Below, in pieces: positions 40,881 to 53,200 of a stretch of DNA of 64,000 bases. Below the pieces are notes generated by a model. That model did no database searches. It had not been told where the DNA came from and saw only the letters and a program-made list of their open reading frames with translations. Both the position numbers and the translations under genes were made by a program. Positions within the stretch are counted from its first letter, which is position 1. Each line of letters starts with the position of its first letter. Source of the stretch: an uncultured Acidobacteriota bacterium (GTDB taxonomy: Bacteria > Acidobacteriota > UBA6911); NCBI GenBank assembly GCA_963809485.1, contig CAWEJX010000004.1:352001-416000 (forward strand), read 5' to 3'.

Positions 40881-41957
40881 CTACGCCGGATTTATTTCCG
40901 AAGCATCCCCCTTATCCAGACGAACCGAATAAAATCCGAAAGGTCTGTCGACCTTTTTTGTGACTATTGGAGCATGCGTGAACCCTGCTTTACAAATTAC
41001 GAATGAAGGGGCATTAATAAAATGCTTTTCCTGTTCCTCGCCGAGCGCTATCTCGATTTCGGCACCCAAATAGTTCGGTCTTTTATCGTCAAGACCCACA
41101 AAAGCCAAAACCTGATCGCTAACATGTTTGTGGGGTTTCGCTCCCCAGTCACCTGTTGCACTATAGAATCCGAAAGCAAAATTAACATTGAAACCCTCCA
41201 GATCCTTGCCCATGTGCCAGGCGAGCGCGTCTGCATTGCCGGGCCCGGTCTTGTCTTTTATGTCCTTCCGGAAAACCATTTTCTTAAACAAGGGATCGTA
41301 TTTGTTCCCCTCAGTTGTTTCCAGCACGCTTCGTTTAGGCAATTCTACCGTATCGTGAGCGCCCTCCAGGCTGCAGACGATGAATGCAAAAGCCTTTTCG
41401 TTCTTCAAGGTCCACTGTGGAAGATGAACAAAGTTTTTGGGGAAACAGCAGACAGTGGGAACACGAAAAATATGTCTTTCGTATTCTTTCCCCACATCAA
41501 ACTCGCATTCTGCGCCCAGGTATTCCGGACGATCACGATCAAGTCCCACAAAAATTAGGCATTCATCGCCCGACGGATGATAATGCCCTCCTGGCTCCCA
41601 GGGCTGCCAGAGCCCGACTTGGCTATAGTGGCCCCACGAGAGATTGACATTGACTCCCTCCAGCGCATCACCCCTTGGCCAAGCAATGGCATCATTATTT
41701 CCCGGCGTATTAGGATGGTTGTAATTCGGCTTCTCCGGCAATGCGAGCTTCTTTATTAAGTGTCCATGTTTTGAACCATCTGGAACATATGGCAAAACAC
41801 CGCTTCTGGGCGCAGTGCCGGCTAGTGCCTTGGTTTTAGGCTCCTGGCCTACGGCGGCAATCGAGCCCATTAAGCTCATTCCCGCCGCGCCAAGAGATAC
41901 ATTCCTGAAGAACTCTCTTCGCGTTGCGCCTGCTTTATCTTTGTTTACGGCATCCAT
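40881..41957 (-). CDS. Tat-signal protein with two cupin-like repeats
   Basis: TRREFFR motif; two internal repeats H.H...D(E/Q).L.FVGLD..RP.YLGAE.E...G.E.E.H....P.......H.P. Confidence 0.8.
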   Translation of the reverse strand: MDAVNKDKAGATRREFFRNVSLGAAGMSLMGSIAAVGQEPKTKALAGTAPRSGVLPYVPDGSKHGHLIKKLALPEKPNYNHPNTPGNNDAIAWPRGDALEGVNVNLSWGHYSQVGLWQPWEPGGHYHPSGDECLIFVGLDRDRPEYLGAECEFDVGKEYERHIFRVPTVCCFPKNFVHLPQWTLKNEKAFAFIVCSLEGAHDTVELPKRSVLETTEGNKYDPLFKKMVFRKDIKDKTGPGNADALAWHMGKDLEGFNVNFAFGFYSATGDWGAKPHKHVSDQVLAFVGLDDKRPNYLGAEIEIALGEEQEKHFINAPSFVICKAGFTHAPIVTKKVDRPFGFYSVRLDKGDASEINPA

Positions 41958-42109
41958 AGATGGTTATCCTCCTTTGTTTTGATCGATCGAGTTTATCGTT
42001 TTCCGGTCTCCCCAATCAAAAACCCCCTGAAAAGCAAATTGCGCGAAGCACCTGTTCGGTGTTCCTTTAGAAACGGTGTTTTGCAGTTTGTAGACCCGCT
42101 CCCTCAACT

Positions 42110-42826
42110 TTATTCCTGATCTGTCTTGAGACCGGGCGCCGGCGTGATAATGGGCCTTCCGGTAACCGGGTGTTCACAATGGAAAGCCAGCACTTCATGA
42201 TCGGGCCACAGCAGCGGCTTGATGTCGGTCAATTCATCAGGTCCGTAAGGGTCATCCGGAAAAGTCGTGGTCAGGTTGGGAACGAAGTGCGGCGGAGTAT
42301 AGGCCCAGCCGCTTTCATGGGTGGCATGCCACACCGGACGGTAATTGAGCGTTTTGATTTTCCATACGCCGTCCATGCGCATATAGGAATTTTCATACAG
42401 AGCCCCCTCCCACCATTGCCGCGACACCCCGGAGGGTCTTGGATCGCGCTCATAATGAGTCCCGGCCATCATCATACAGCGGAACCGTGCCTTGGCGGTC
42501 TTTCTGTCGGGCGCGACGTCAACCACATCCTGCATCATCGGATGATCAAGAAGAAAACCGAACACAGGACCGTTCTTACCTCCGGTGAAACGTCGTCTGA
42601 ATCCATCGCAATAAGCGCGGCGGATGCCGGCCTTGCCTCTAAAAACTCCGCCGAAAAAATAGAACTCGCAATCTTCTGCATAGCAGTCCACCACTTCATC
42701 ATACATGCACTTGTCGAGAAAGTAGCCATACAGATGATGCAGCCGCCGGATCGCATGCACATCCTCAAGCATTCCTACCTGTTTTTCCAGCTTCTCAATC
42801 CTTGTTCTCAAATCTTCATCGCTCAT
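42110..42826 (-). CDS. SnoaL-like/NTF2-family protein (SnoaL_4; dehydratase-like)
   Basis: LEDVHAIRRLHHLYGYFLD; DH...Q.VVDVAPD..TAKAR; YENSY...DGVWKI. Confidence 0.85.
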   Translation of the reverse strand: MSDEDLRTRIEKLEKQVGMLEDVHAIRRLHHLYGYFLDKCMYDEVVDCYAEDCEFYFFGGVFRGKAGIRRAYCDGFRRRFTGGKNGPVFGFLLDHPMMQDVVDVAPDRKTAKARFRCMMMAGTHYERDPRPSGVSRQWWEGALYENSYMRMDGVWKIKTLNYRPVWHATHESGWAYTPPHFVPNLTTTFPDDPYGPDELTDIKPLLWPDHEVLAFHCEHPVTGRPIITPAPGLKTDQE

Positions 42827-42951
42827 GAGGGGTACCTCCTCTCACATTAGGGAATAGGTCGTAGATCCGAAACACTGCTTCTTTAAGTATCGCCGCTCCC
42901 CTTTAGTCCAGGCAATTTTCAAATGTTAGCGGTTCAGTTTGGCGGTTTATT

Positions 42952-43313
42952 TCAGGATTTTTTCGGGAAGGCCAACCTTGAAAGCCGGACAACCAAATCG
43001 TTGCTGAAGCTCTCCCAGCTTACTATGCAAGGAATCCCTCGCTTTGCCAGTGTTAAAAAAGAAATTCCCAGAAAGCCCTGCGGCGGCCAAGGTGGATAAG
43101 GAGTTCTGGCCACAATTGCAGGACTTCGTCCGGGCTGGTATATGCCCAGACATCCGTATCCCGCGCTTCCCGCAGGATTTTTCCGAGCAGGCGGACGCGT
43201 TCCGGGTATGATGCGCCGCGAAGTCGCTCTTTGAGCTGTGCGACACTCATTGGCTCATCCCAGAGAAAATATGGGATTGCTGCCGGATCTTGAATCTCGG
43301 TTGAAAGATTCAC
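42952..43313 (-). pseudogene. Decayed antitoxin + AbiEii-like nucleotidyltransferase toxin pair
   Basis: PYFLWD...LGKILREARDTDVW...LGRRRAFWEFLF*HWQSEGFLA with a premature TAA. It is followed by only the first (LHSKLGELQ) and last (NDLVVRLSRLAFP) residues expected of the partner gene. Confidence 0.5.
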
Positions 43314-43535
43314 GTTTTTCACAATAATTTTCGTCAGCGCCTGCTGGCATTTTAGCATAAGACCATTGAATCGATATTACTGAAGAATAAGGGAGCTTTG
43401 GCGTTGAAGCCTTCCCGAAAATGAGCATGCTGCAACAGCCTATGCCTTTTATGGGCAGGGCGGGACATCAATCAGGAAGGAAATATGCCCGAATAGCTTT
43501 TTATTATCGCAGCCCCGTCCCTATTTACAGGATGC

Positions 43536-43571
43536 AAAAAAACCGGCGGCAACTTTGGGGGTTGCCGCCGG
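43536..43571 (-). terminator. Rho-independent terminator after the TBDR gene
   Basis: CCGGCGGCAAC-loop-GTTGCCGCCGG followed by T7 on the minus strand. Confidence 0.85.
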
Positions 43572-43600
43572 AAAGGCGATAAAAGAAGTTGCGCGGAAAC

Positions 43601-46600
43601 CTAGAATATAAGCTTCAGAGCAAACTGAATCTGTCGTTGGCTCCCCGGCATGGTCGCCGCCAATCCGGTCGAGGTTGTGTAGCAGGGGCCTTGGCCCCCG
43701 TTGCAGATCGCCCCCCCGGGGTTCCTATAGGCAGCCGGATCGGAAAGATACTGGTAACGAGCATCCGTCGGAGTGACGGTGCCGGGTGTGCCCATCAGGT
43801 AGGCTTGCGAGCCGAAAAAGAAGTTGGGGTGGTTCAGGACATCGAAAAACTCCGCCCGAAACTGCATGTTGACCCTCTCGTTCAGCTTGGTGTCCTTCAC
43901 GAGCGAGAAGTCCCAGTTGAAGACATTGGGGTTGTTGAGCGAGTTGCGGCCGGAACTGCCGAGGGTACCATAAGGCGCGTACACGAAACATTCCGGATTA
44001 TACCACTGGTTTCTCTTCTTCGACATGGGGTCGCAGCCGGGGACGAGATTGGGACGCTCGCCTTCGGTGGCGCCTCCCGTTGCGGATTGATACTGGCCCC
44101 CGAACTGGTTCTGGAGGTTAAAGGGCAGGCCCTTATAGCGGGTGACGATAGTACCGATCTGCCAGCCGTCCACCGCCCGATTGCCCTTGAACGGCAGCCG
44201 ATAAAGGACGTTGGCGGTAAATACATGGTCGGAGCTAAAGCTGCAAGGACCATAATCAAAGTCCGGGTTGTAGGCATTATAGACAGCCCACTGGCCCTGT
44301 TCCGAGCTGTTGGTGGCCGAGGCGTTATCCAGGCACTTGGACCAGGTGTAGGCGACATTACCTACCAGGGATGCGCCGAACTGCCGGTTCAGGCTGATCT
44401 GCAAGGAGTTGTAACTGGAGTGGGCAGTGGGCGTAACCGCTTCCACTGCCTGGAAGTTGGGGTTGGTATATAAGCCCACAAACGGGTTGATTACCGTACC
44501 CCGCGGGCCCTGGCCGTTAGCTCCGGGCCAGTTGGCGGCGTTCGCCGCCTGCCAGTCAGCCGATTGGTCGGAAAAGGCCAGGGGAGGATTGGCATTAGAC
44601 CACAGGAACAGGTTTTTGCCCGAGGAACCGTTGTAGCCCACCGTCAATACTGTTCCGGCCCCCAGCTCGCGCTGCACGGTCAGGTTGTACTGCATAACGT
44701 ATGGCGCCGTGTCCACAGTGTTCGGGAGGGCATAGTACCATGCGATCGTTTTCTTTGCTGGGAGATTACCCATGATCGGGCTGGCTATGATCTGGTTTGG
44801 ATCGTTAGGCAGCAAGGGGAACAAATCAGTGGTAAAGAAAGAAAAGAACAGCGGTGTATTCGGGTGAAACGACGTGTTGTTGTTCGCATAGGTACGCGAG
44901 GTGACGGGCTCGTGGAACAGGCCGAAACCGGCGCGAACCGAGGTTTTGTGATCCCCGAAGACGTCCCAGGCGATGCCGACGCGCGGATCGAAGTTCATGA
45001 CGTTGGGATTATCGATAAACGGATGCTCCGCGGTGATGAAGTCGTCCTGGGTCGTTGTCGGCGAAGTCAAATCGTTGATCACGAACACCGGTTCACCGAC
45101 CGTCGTCGGGTTGGTGGCAAACTCGTAACGCAGGCCGATATTCATGGTAAGTCTCTTGGTGATTTTCCAGTCGTCCTGGATATAAGGAGACAGATACGTC
45201 TGACGCCAGTAGCGGGCGGGATTGAAGGGATAATTCGTCCCGTCCGGGTCGGTATAGCTGTATTCGGGGCCGGCCGCGTTTACGCCTAACAACGGCATGC
45301 CGTACAACGCGCCGCCAAACGGGGTGCCCGGTATCCCGCCGCTAAGATTTGAGAAGATCCACGCGCCGCCGGAATATTGGTTCCATATCATATTCAGCTG
45401 CATGCGGGTCACGGCGGCTCCGAAGCGGAGGCTATGCGCGCCCAGCGACATGAAGACACTGTCGCCGAAGCTGTACCGGTTCATGACCGGCCGGCTTGGA
45501 CTCGAAGGAGTGGGACCCAAAGATGCAAGCCCATAGCCGGGTGAAAAATCCATATCCTGCCTGCCGGGGACTTGCTGCAGGGCAGTGCCGGTTCCTGTCT
45601 TGCCGCCGTTCGCCGTCTCCGTAAACAGCCGCACATACCCAAAACGGGCCTCGTTGATTATCTTGGACGAGAACATATGCCGCTCTGAGAGGGTGAAGTA
45701 CTGGTTGCGCTCCCAGTCAAGTTCCGGATATCCCGGGACCTGAGTATACACATATGGGAGTTCCTGATAAGCGCTCTCCCGTGCGTAGCGGGCGAACAAG
45801 CTGTCCTTCGAGCCCAGGGTGTAGTCCACGCGGCCCAACACATAGTCCTGGTCCCCGATTTGGTTTTCGGTGGAGCAATAAAGACCGGTGCCCTGCAGGA
45901 ATTGGATGCCGGATACATTGGGACATTGGGACGCGCTTTGGGCAAGTGGATACAGAGAGAATATGCTTTCTGTCACCGGATTTATAGGGATCTCCGGACC
46001 CTCCGGCCCGAAAGGGCGGCCGACCCACTGTCCACTCTGGTTTTGCGTCATGCCGCCGGCACGGAAAAGTTCAGGCAACGAAGTAGGCACCACCGCGCGA
46101 TTCGTCAAACCCGTACTCGCGCGCAGGCCTTCGTAGTTGAAGAAGAAGAAGGCTTTATCCTTCTTGAGGGGACCTCCGATCGAGGCTCCGAAGTTATTCC
46201 TCTTGAAGCTCGGCTTCTGGCCGGGGACGTCGAAGTAGTTCATGGCATCCAGGGCACTGTTGCGGAAGTATTCGTAGGCGGAGCCGTGCAGCTCGTTGGA
46301 GCCCGACTTGGTGACTGCGTTGACGGCCGCGCCGGTACCGCCGAATTCCGCGCTGTAGGTGTTGGTCAGAATCGTGAATTCCTGGATGGCCTCCATGCCG
46401 AGCGAAGTCCCCATCACGCTGATGCCCGCGCCATGATCCATCTGGTTGCGGATGTCGGTATTATCCAGCATGTAGGCCATTCCCACGGGGCGCGAACCGG
46501 AAATGGAGTAATTGGTTGATTGACCGTAAGTAGTGGCCGACTGGCCGCCGCCCCCCCCGGTTGCAGGCACTGTCGCCACTCCGGGCGCCAGGCTGAGGAG

Positions 46601-47089
46601 ATCGGTGAAATTGCGGCCGTTGAGCGGCAAATTCTCCATCTGCCTGGGCGCGATCAGGGAGCCCACCGAGGCCGTTTCGGTGTTGATGGTTGTGGTTTGT
46701 CCCTGGACCTCGACTACATCCACAGGTTGGCCAACCGCCAGCTTAAAATCGAGTACCCGCCGTGCGCCGACGGTCATCACAATTCCGGTCTGCACCATCT
46801 TCTGGAAGCCGGCCATCTCCGCGGAAACGTCGTAGTTTCCCACCGCCATTTCCGGGAGAATGTAGCGCCCCTGTCCATCGGTAACGGCGGAGTAGACAAT
46901 GCCCGTGCTGAGATTCTTAGCCTGGATCACGGCGCCGACTACCACCCCGCCGCTGGGATCCAAGGCAGTTCCGGAAAGGGTTGCTTTTTCAGCCTGCGCC
47001 CGTAAGTCGCCAAGAGCAAGGACGCCCAATAAAAGCACCAGCAGCGCCCAAAATACAATTCTCCTACGCACTACAAGACATTTAGGCAT
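43601..47089 (-). CDS. TonB-dependent receptor, Oar-like
   Basis: Signal peptide; LSGTALDPSGGVV; LPLNGRNFTDL; AIQEF...YSAEFG...TKSGSNELHGS; QDDWK; QRQIQFALKLIF. Confidence 0.94.
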   Translation of the reverse strand: MPKCLVVRRRIVFWALLVLLLGVLALGDLRAQAEKATLSGTALDPSGGVVVGAVIQAKNLSTGIVYSAVTDGQGRYILPEMAVGNYDVSAEMAGFQKMVQTGIVMTVGARRVLDFKLAVGQPVDVVEVQGQTTTINTETASVGSLIAPRQMENLPLNGRNFTDLLSLAPGVATVPATGGGGGQSATTYGQSTNYSISGSRPVGMAYMLDNTDIRNQMDHGAGISVMGTSLGMEAIQEFTILTNTYSAEFGGTGAAVNAVTKSGSNELHGSAYEYFRNSALDAMNYFDVPGQKPSFKRNNFGASIGGPLKKDKAFFFFNYEGLRASTGLTNRAVVPTSLPELFRAGGMTQNQSGQWVGRPFGPEGPEIPINPVTESIFSLYPLAQSASQCPNVSGIQFLQGTGLYCSTENQIGDQDYVLGRVDYTLGSKDSLFARYARESAYQELPYVYTQVPGYPELDWERNQYFTLSERHMFSSKIINEARFGYVRLFTETANGGKTGTGTALQQVPGRQDMDFSPGYGLASLGPTPSSPSRPVMNRYSFGDSVFMSLGAHSLRFGAAVTRMQLNMIWNQYSGGAWIFSNLSGGIPGTPFGGALYGMPLLGVNAAGPEYSYTDPDGTNYPFNPARYWRQTYLSPYIQDDWKITKRLTMNIGLRYEFATNPTTVGEPVFVINDLTSPTTTQDDFITAEHPFIDNPNVMNFDPRVGIAWDVFGDHKTSVRAGFGLFHEPVTSRTYANNNTSFHPNTPLFFSFFTTDLFPLLPNDPNQIIASPIMGNLPAKKTIAWYYALPNTVDTAPYVMQYNLTVQRELGAGTVLTVGYNGSSGKNLFLWSNANPPLAFSDQSADWQAANAANWPGANGQGPRGTVINPFVGLYTNPNFQAVEAVTPTAHSSYNSLQISLNRQFGASLVGNVAYTWSKCLDNASATNSSEQGQWAVYNAYNPDFDYGPCSFSSDHVFTANVLYRLPFKGNRAVDGWQIGTIVTRYKGLPFNLQNQFGGQYQSATGGATEGERPNLVPGCDPMSKKRNQWYNPECFVYAPYGTLGSSGRNSLNNPNVFNWDFSLVKDTKLNERVNMQFRAEFFDVLNHPNFFFGSQAYLMGTPGTVTPTDARYQYLSDPAAYRNPGGAICNGGQGPCYTTSTGLAATMPGSQRQIQFALKLIF

Positions 47090-47159
47090 TTTGTGTTTCT
47101 CCGGTCGTAGAGGTTAAGAGCCTTGACGGTTGGCGCGCTTTTACCACAATACTGGCGCA

Positions 47160-47432
47160 ATGTCAACAAAGCGGTGGGACCTCCAGCGGGACCAAACGGC
47201 CAGAGGATGAATAGCGGGCGGGCCAGTTCTTTAGGTGTGCTTTCGACCGAAGCGCCCGCGCCATTTTTCTGCTGTCGCGGCGTAACTGAGCCCTGGTTTT
47301 TGAGGTTGGAGAAGCATGGCATTGAAAGGGGCAAAGTTGCGCAGGCTTGCAACGAAGTGCCACAGATCCATATAATCCTTGCTTCGCGCATAGAGTCGCG
47401 AATCACCAAGCAGCGGATCGAGCAAGGATCGT
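47160..47432 (-). pseudogene. ArdC-like N-terminal domain gene remnant (frameshifted)
   Basis: SLLD.LL.DSRLY..SKDY.DL..FV..LRNFAPFNAMLLQ.QKPGLSYAA....W..RFGR, continuing in another frame as ARPLFILWPFGP. Confidence 0.55.
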
Positions 47433-47456
47433 GAGGCTCCGGCCATCCGGAGCCTC
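47433..47456 (-). terminator. Hairpin downstream of the cold-shock gene
   Basis: GAGGCTCCGG-CCAT-CCGGAGCCTC 10-bp stem about 20 nt after the stop; no clear U-tract. Confidence 0.45.
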
Positions 47457-47475
47457 CGTTTCGTAATCTGACAGA

Positions 47476-47679
47476 CTACAGTTTCACTACGTTCTGAGCC
47501 TGTAATCCTTTGGGGCCTTGTGCCACGTCGAACTCGATACTGTCGCCTTCGTTAAGAGACTTGAAGCCCTCGCCTTGAATGGCGCTGTGATGGACAAAAA
47601 CGTCATCTCCGGAATTGCGGCTGATAAAACCATAACCTTTGTCGTTATTAAACCACTTTACAGTTCCTTGTTCTTTCAT
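47476..47679 (-). CDS. cspA: Cold-shock protein
   Basis: [19 protein letters not shown]...DVFVHHSAI...GFKSL...[10 protein letters not shown] (RNP1/RNP2 motifs). Confidence 0.95.
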   Translation of the reverse strand: MKEQGTVKWFNNDKGYGFISRNSGDDVFVHHSAIQGEGFKSLNEGDSIEFDVAQGPKGLQAQNVVKL

Positions 47680-48051
47680 TTGTTTTCCTGACTTAATGTC
47701 CCTGTACTGAGGGAATTTTTGTGATATTTCTGGTTTCGGCAATCACCCGCAATTTTTCGGGCATAAAAAAAGCTGCTTCCCCCGTCAGGAGTCTGCAGCA
47801 CATTCAATCAACAAAATCCTGCAAAAATCTTTCTGAGGCATAAAATAGATCGCCTCCCAGGCAAGAAAGAAAAGCCAATTCCTGAAATTTCAACGGATCC
47901 GGCTGTAATGCCGCCCCGACAAACTTGGCAATTATTCACGGTTTGCTGTGTCTGAATTGGATACCTTTTGCTTTAAACTTGGCAGAAATGGAGCCCTCTA
48001 AGGATCAGGACTACAGCCAGGCAAAATTGTCCGTTCGAAAAATCCGGCCTT

Positions 48052-50031
<1,980 letters not shown>

Positions 50032-50231
50032 ATCAAAATCTCCCTTGTTATCATCCGCAATTCATCCACGCATAGGATCCAACATAAACTGTTATTAACC
50101 GGGCCAGGTGCCGACTATTACAGTACGCCCGCGGAATCCGCATGTCGGTTCAATGTTGCTCACGTCTCTGGTCACTATTGCTCATGGGTGCGCCCAGTGT
50201 GCATGAGAGATTTTCGTGAAAGCCGTGCGCT

Positions 50232-53200
50232 CTACGGGGATACAACGTATATTATCACCTCAACGGAATGCTCCTGCCTATCATCAACAAGGGGAATGGT
50301 TTCCCCGTCTTGCTTGATACCATCTACGGTCACGGTCATCCCCCCATCCGAGGCGAGCGTTTGCAGGATATCGATGTGATACAGAGTTTCCCGATACCGA
50401 TAGTGAACCTTGAACGATTTCCAGTCCGCCGGCAGGCACGGTGCAAAACGCAGTCTGTCCACTTCCAGCTTCAGCCCTAGAAGTGATTCCACGATAAGCC
50501 GGTACATCCAGCCGGCTGAACCCGTGTACCACGTCCATCCGCCGCGGCCGATGTGCGGCGAGAGCGCATAGACATCGGCCGCCACGACATACGGTTCCAC
50601 TTTATAGGCAGCAATTCTCTCCGGAGATTTGGCATGGTTCACCGGGTTGATCATTGCAAATAATTCCCACGCGCGCTGTTTTTCGCCCAATGCGGCGAAC
50701 GCCATCACCGCCCAGATGGCTGCATGAGTGTACTGCCCGCCATTTTCTCTTACGCCCGGGACGTACCCTTTAATATAGCCAGGATTCAAGTCCGATCGAT
50801 CAAACGGCGGATCCAGTAGCTGGATCAGCGCATGATCTCGGCGAACCAGGCGCTGATCCACCGCTGCCATAGCCATGCGAGAGCGGTCAGCATTGCCCGC
50901 CCCGGATAGAACAGACCAGCTCTGCGCGATCGAATCAATCTGGCATTCGGGATTGCTCGCAGATCCGAGCGGCGAGCCATCGTCAAAGTAAGCCCGGCGA
51001 TACCATTCGCCATCCCAGCCATTCTGCTCGATTTTCTGACGCACTCGAGCCGCTTCCTGCCAGCAACGCTCGGCGAAGGAAACATCACCATATCTGCGGG
51101 CGACTTCCTCGAACTGCATGAGTACTTCATGAAGGAAAAATCCCAGCCAGATGCTTTCGCCCTGACCGTGTTCGCCCACCATGTTCATGCCATCGTTCCA
51201 GTCACCGGAGCCGATGAGCGGCAGCCCGTGCTCTCCAAATCTGAGGCCTCTCACAATGGCTCCCCTGCAGTGTTCGTACAGACTAGCCACTTTTTCAGAC
51301 TGACTGGGCAGATCGTAATAGGAATCCTCTTCCGCACTTACCGGTCGGCCTTCGATGAAATGGACGGCTTCATCCAATACTCCGGTATCTCCTGTGCTCA
51401 GAACGTAGCGGCTTGTTGCCAGAGGCAGCCAGAGGGAATCATCCGAACAATGCGTGCGCACGCCCCGGCCCGAAGGGGGATGCCACCAATGCTGGACATC
51501 TCCCTCCTGGAACTGGCGGGCTGCGCAGCGGAGCAAGTGCGCGCGCACGAGTTGTGGCTCAGCGTGGATAAGCGCCATCACGTCCTGCAACTGGTCGCGG
51601 AACCCGAAAGCACCTCCCGGCTGGTAGTATCCGTTCCGTGCCCAAAGGCGGCACGAGAGAGTCTGGTACAAGAGCCAGCCGTTTGCCAGAACGTTGAGGG
51701 ACTGGTCGGGGGTTTCCACATTGACCGCGCCGAGCGTTTGGTTCCAGTACTGCCACACCGCTTCGAGCGCGGCGCGAGCGGCGATAGACCCCCTGAAGCG
51801 ATGTGTCAGGTTGCCGGCATCATCGGCATCATGCCCTGCACCGAGCCTGAAGATGAACTCACGCTCTTCTCCATCGGCTAATTCGAATGGAACCTGGATC
51901 GCGGCGCAGGGATCCAATGCGGCACCCACCCTTCCGGAAAGCTTCGAGTGCGTCATGGCGGCCGGATTCCGGAGCGTGCCGTTACGCCCAAGGAATTCGG
52001 TCCGGTCGCCGCTGATGTTCCGAATCTCATTATCCACATCGTAGAAAGCAACCCTGTCCGCGAACTCCGTGTTGTATGGATTTCGAGCGAAAAGCGCTCC
52101 GCTTGTGGAATCGACTTCAGTAATTATGTGCATTGCAGATTTTGGCCGCAGGTCTCCCAACACCCATTCCACGTAACCTGTGGCTGAGAGGCTGCGGGAT
52201 CGGCCGGACTCGTTTCGCACTTTCAACATCATGAACTTGATAGGGGCGTCCATGGCCACATATGCCCAAAGTTCTGAGCGGATGCCCCGCTCCGTGTGCT
52301 CGAAGACGCTGTAACCGAATCCGTGCCGCGTGGCGTAAGGCTTCGCTCCGGGGCTCGGCAACGGCGTGGGCGACCAGAAATAGCCGCTTTCTTCATCGCG
52401 GATGTACAGGGCTTCTCCGCTTGAATCGCTCACCGGGTCGTTGACCCAGGGAGTGAGCCGGAATTCGTGGGCATTCTCGCTCCAGGTGCAGCCAATGCCG
52501 CTCTCCGAGATGATGGTTCCGAAGTGCGGATTCGCCAGGACATTCACCCACGGCGCCGGCGTCACTTGCCCGCGCGCGGTCGTGATGACATACTCGCGCC
52601 CATCAGGGGTGAATCCGCCCAGACCGTTGAAGAAAACCAGATCACGGCGAGGCAATGCGGCGGCCGCCGGAGGTTCGGCGCTGCCGGTTCGGGTGGGTCT
52701 AAGGCGCGGGACTGGCGCCTCCACAGGGCCGCGACGATTTATCTGGTCCGCTAGTGATCCCCGACTGTCGGTGATGATGGCGCGAGCAACCGTTTGGAGC
52801 AGAATGCGATCCTCGTTCGACATCTGCTCCGCAGGCCTTACAAAGATGCCCCCCGGCCGATCGGTCACGTTGGCTTCAGTACCTGCGGCAATCAAGCCCA
52901 TGATTTGTTCGTGCAGGTCTTGCCGATAGCCGGCGAGATCTTCGTTCCAGATCACCAGATCGACCGCCAGTCCTTTCAGGCGCCAGTAGGCATGGGCCTG
53001 CACGAGTTGGCGCACCAGATCGATATTAGCCGCATCCCTGATCCGCAACAGCACGATCGGCAAATCGCCTGAAATAGCGTAGCCCCATAGGCCGGATTGT
53101 CCCCGGCTGTTTTTAAGGAGAATGCCCGGGTCGGCGCGCAGCGAGGAATTGGCGTAAATCACAGAACTGGCAAGGCGCCCATAGAGTTGTGCATCAGCCT

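Noticed and set aside
50032-50231. CIRCE operator upstream of groES
   Set aside because: No TTAGCACTC-N9-GAGTGCTAA match.
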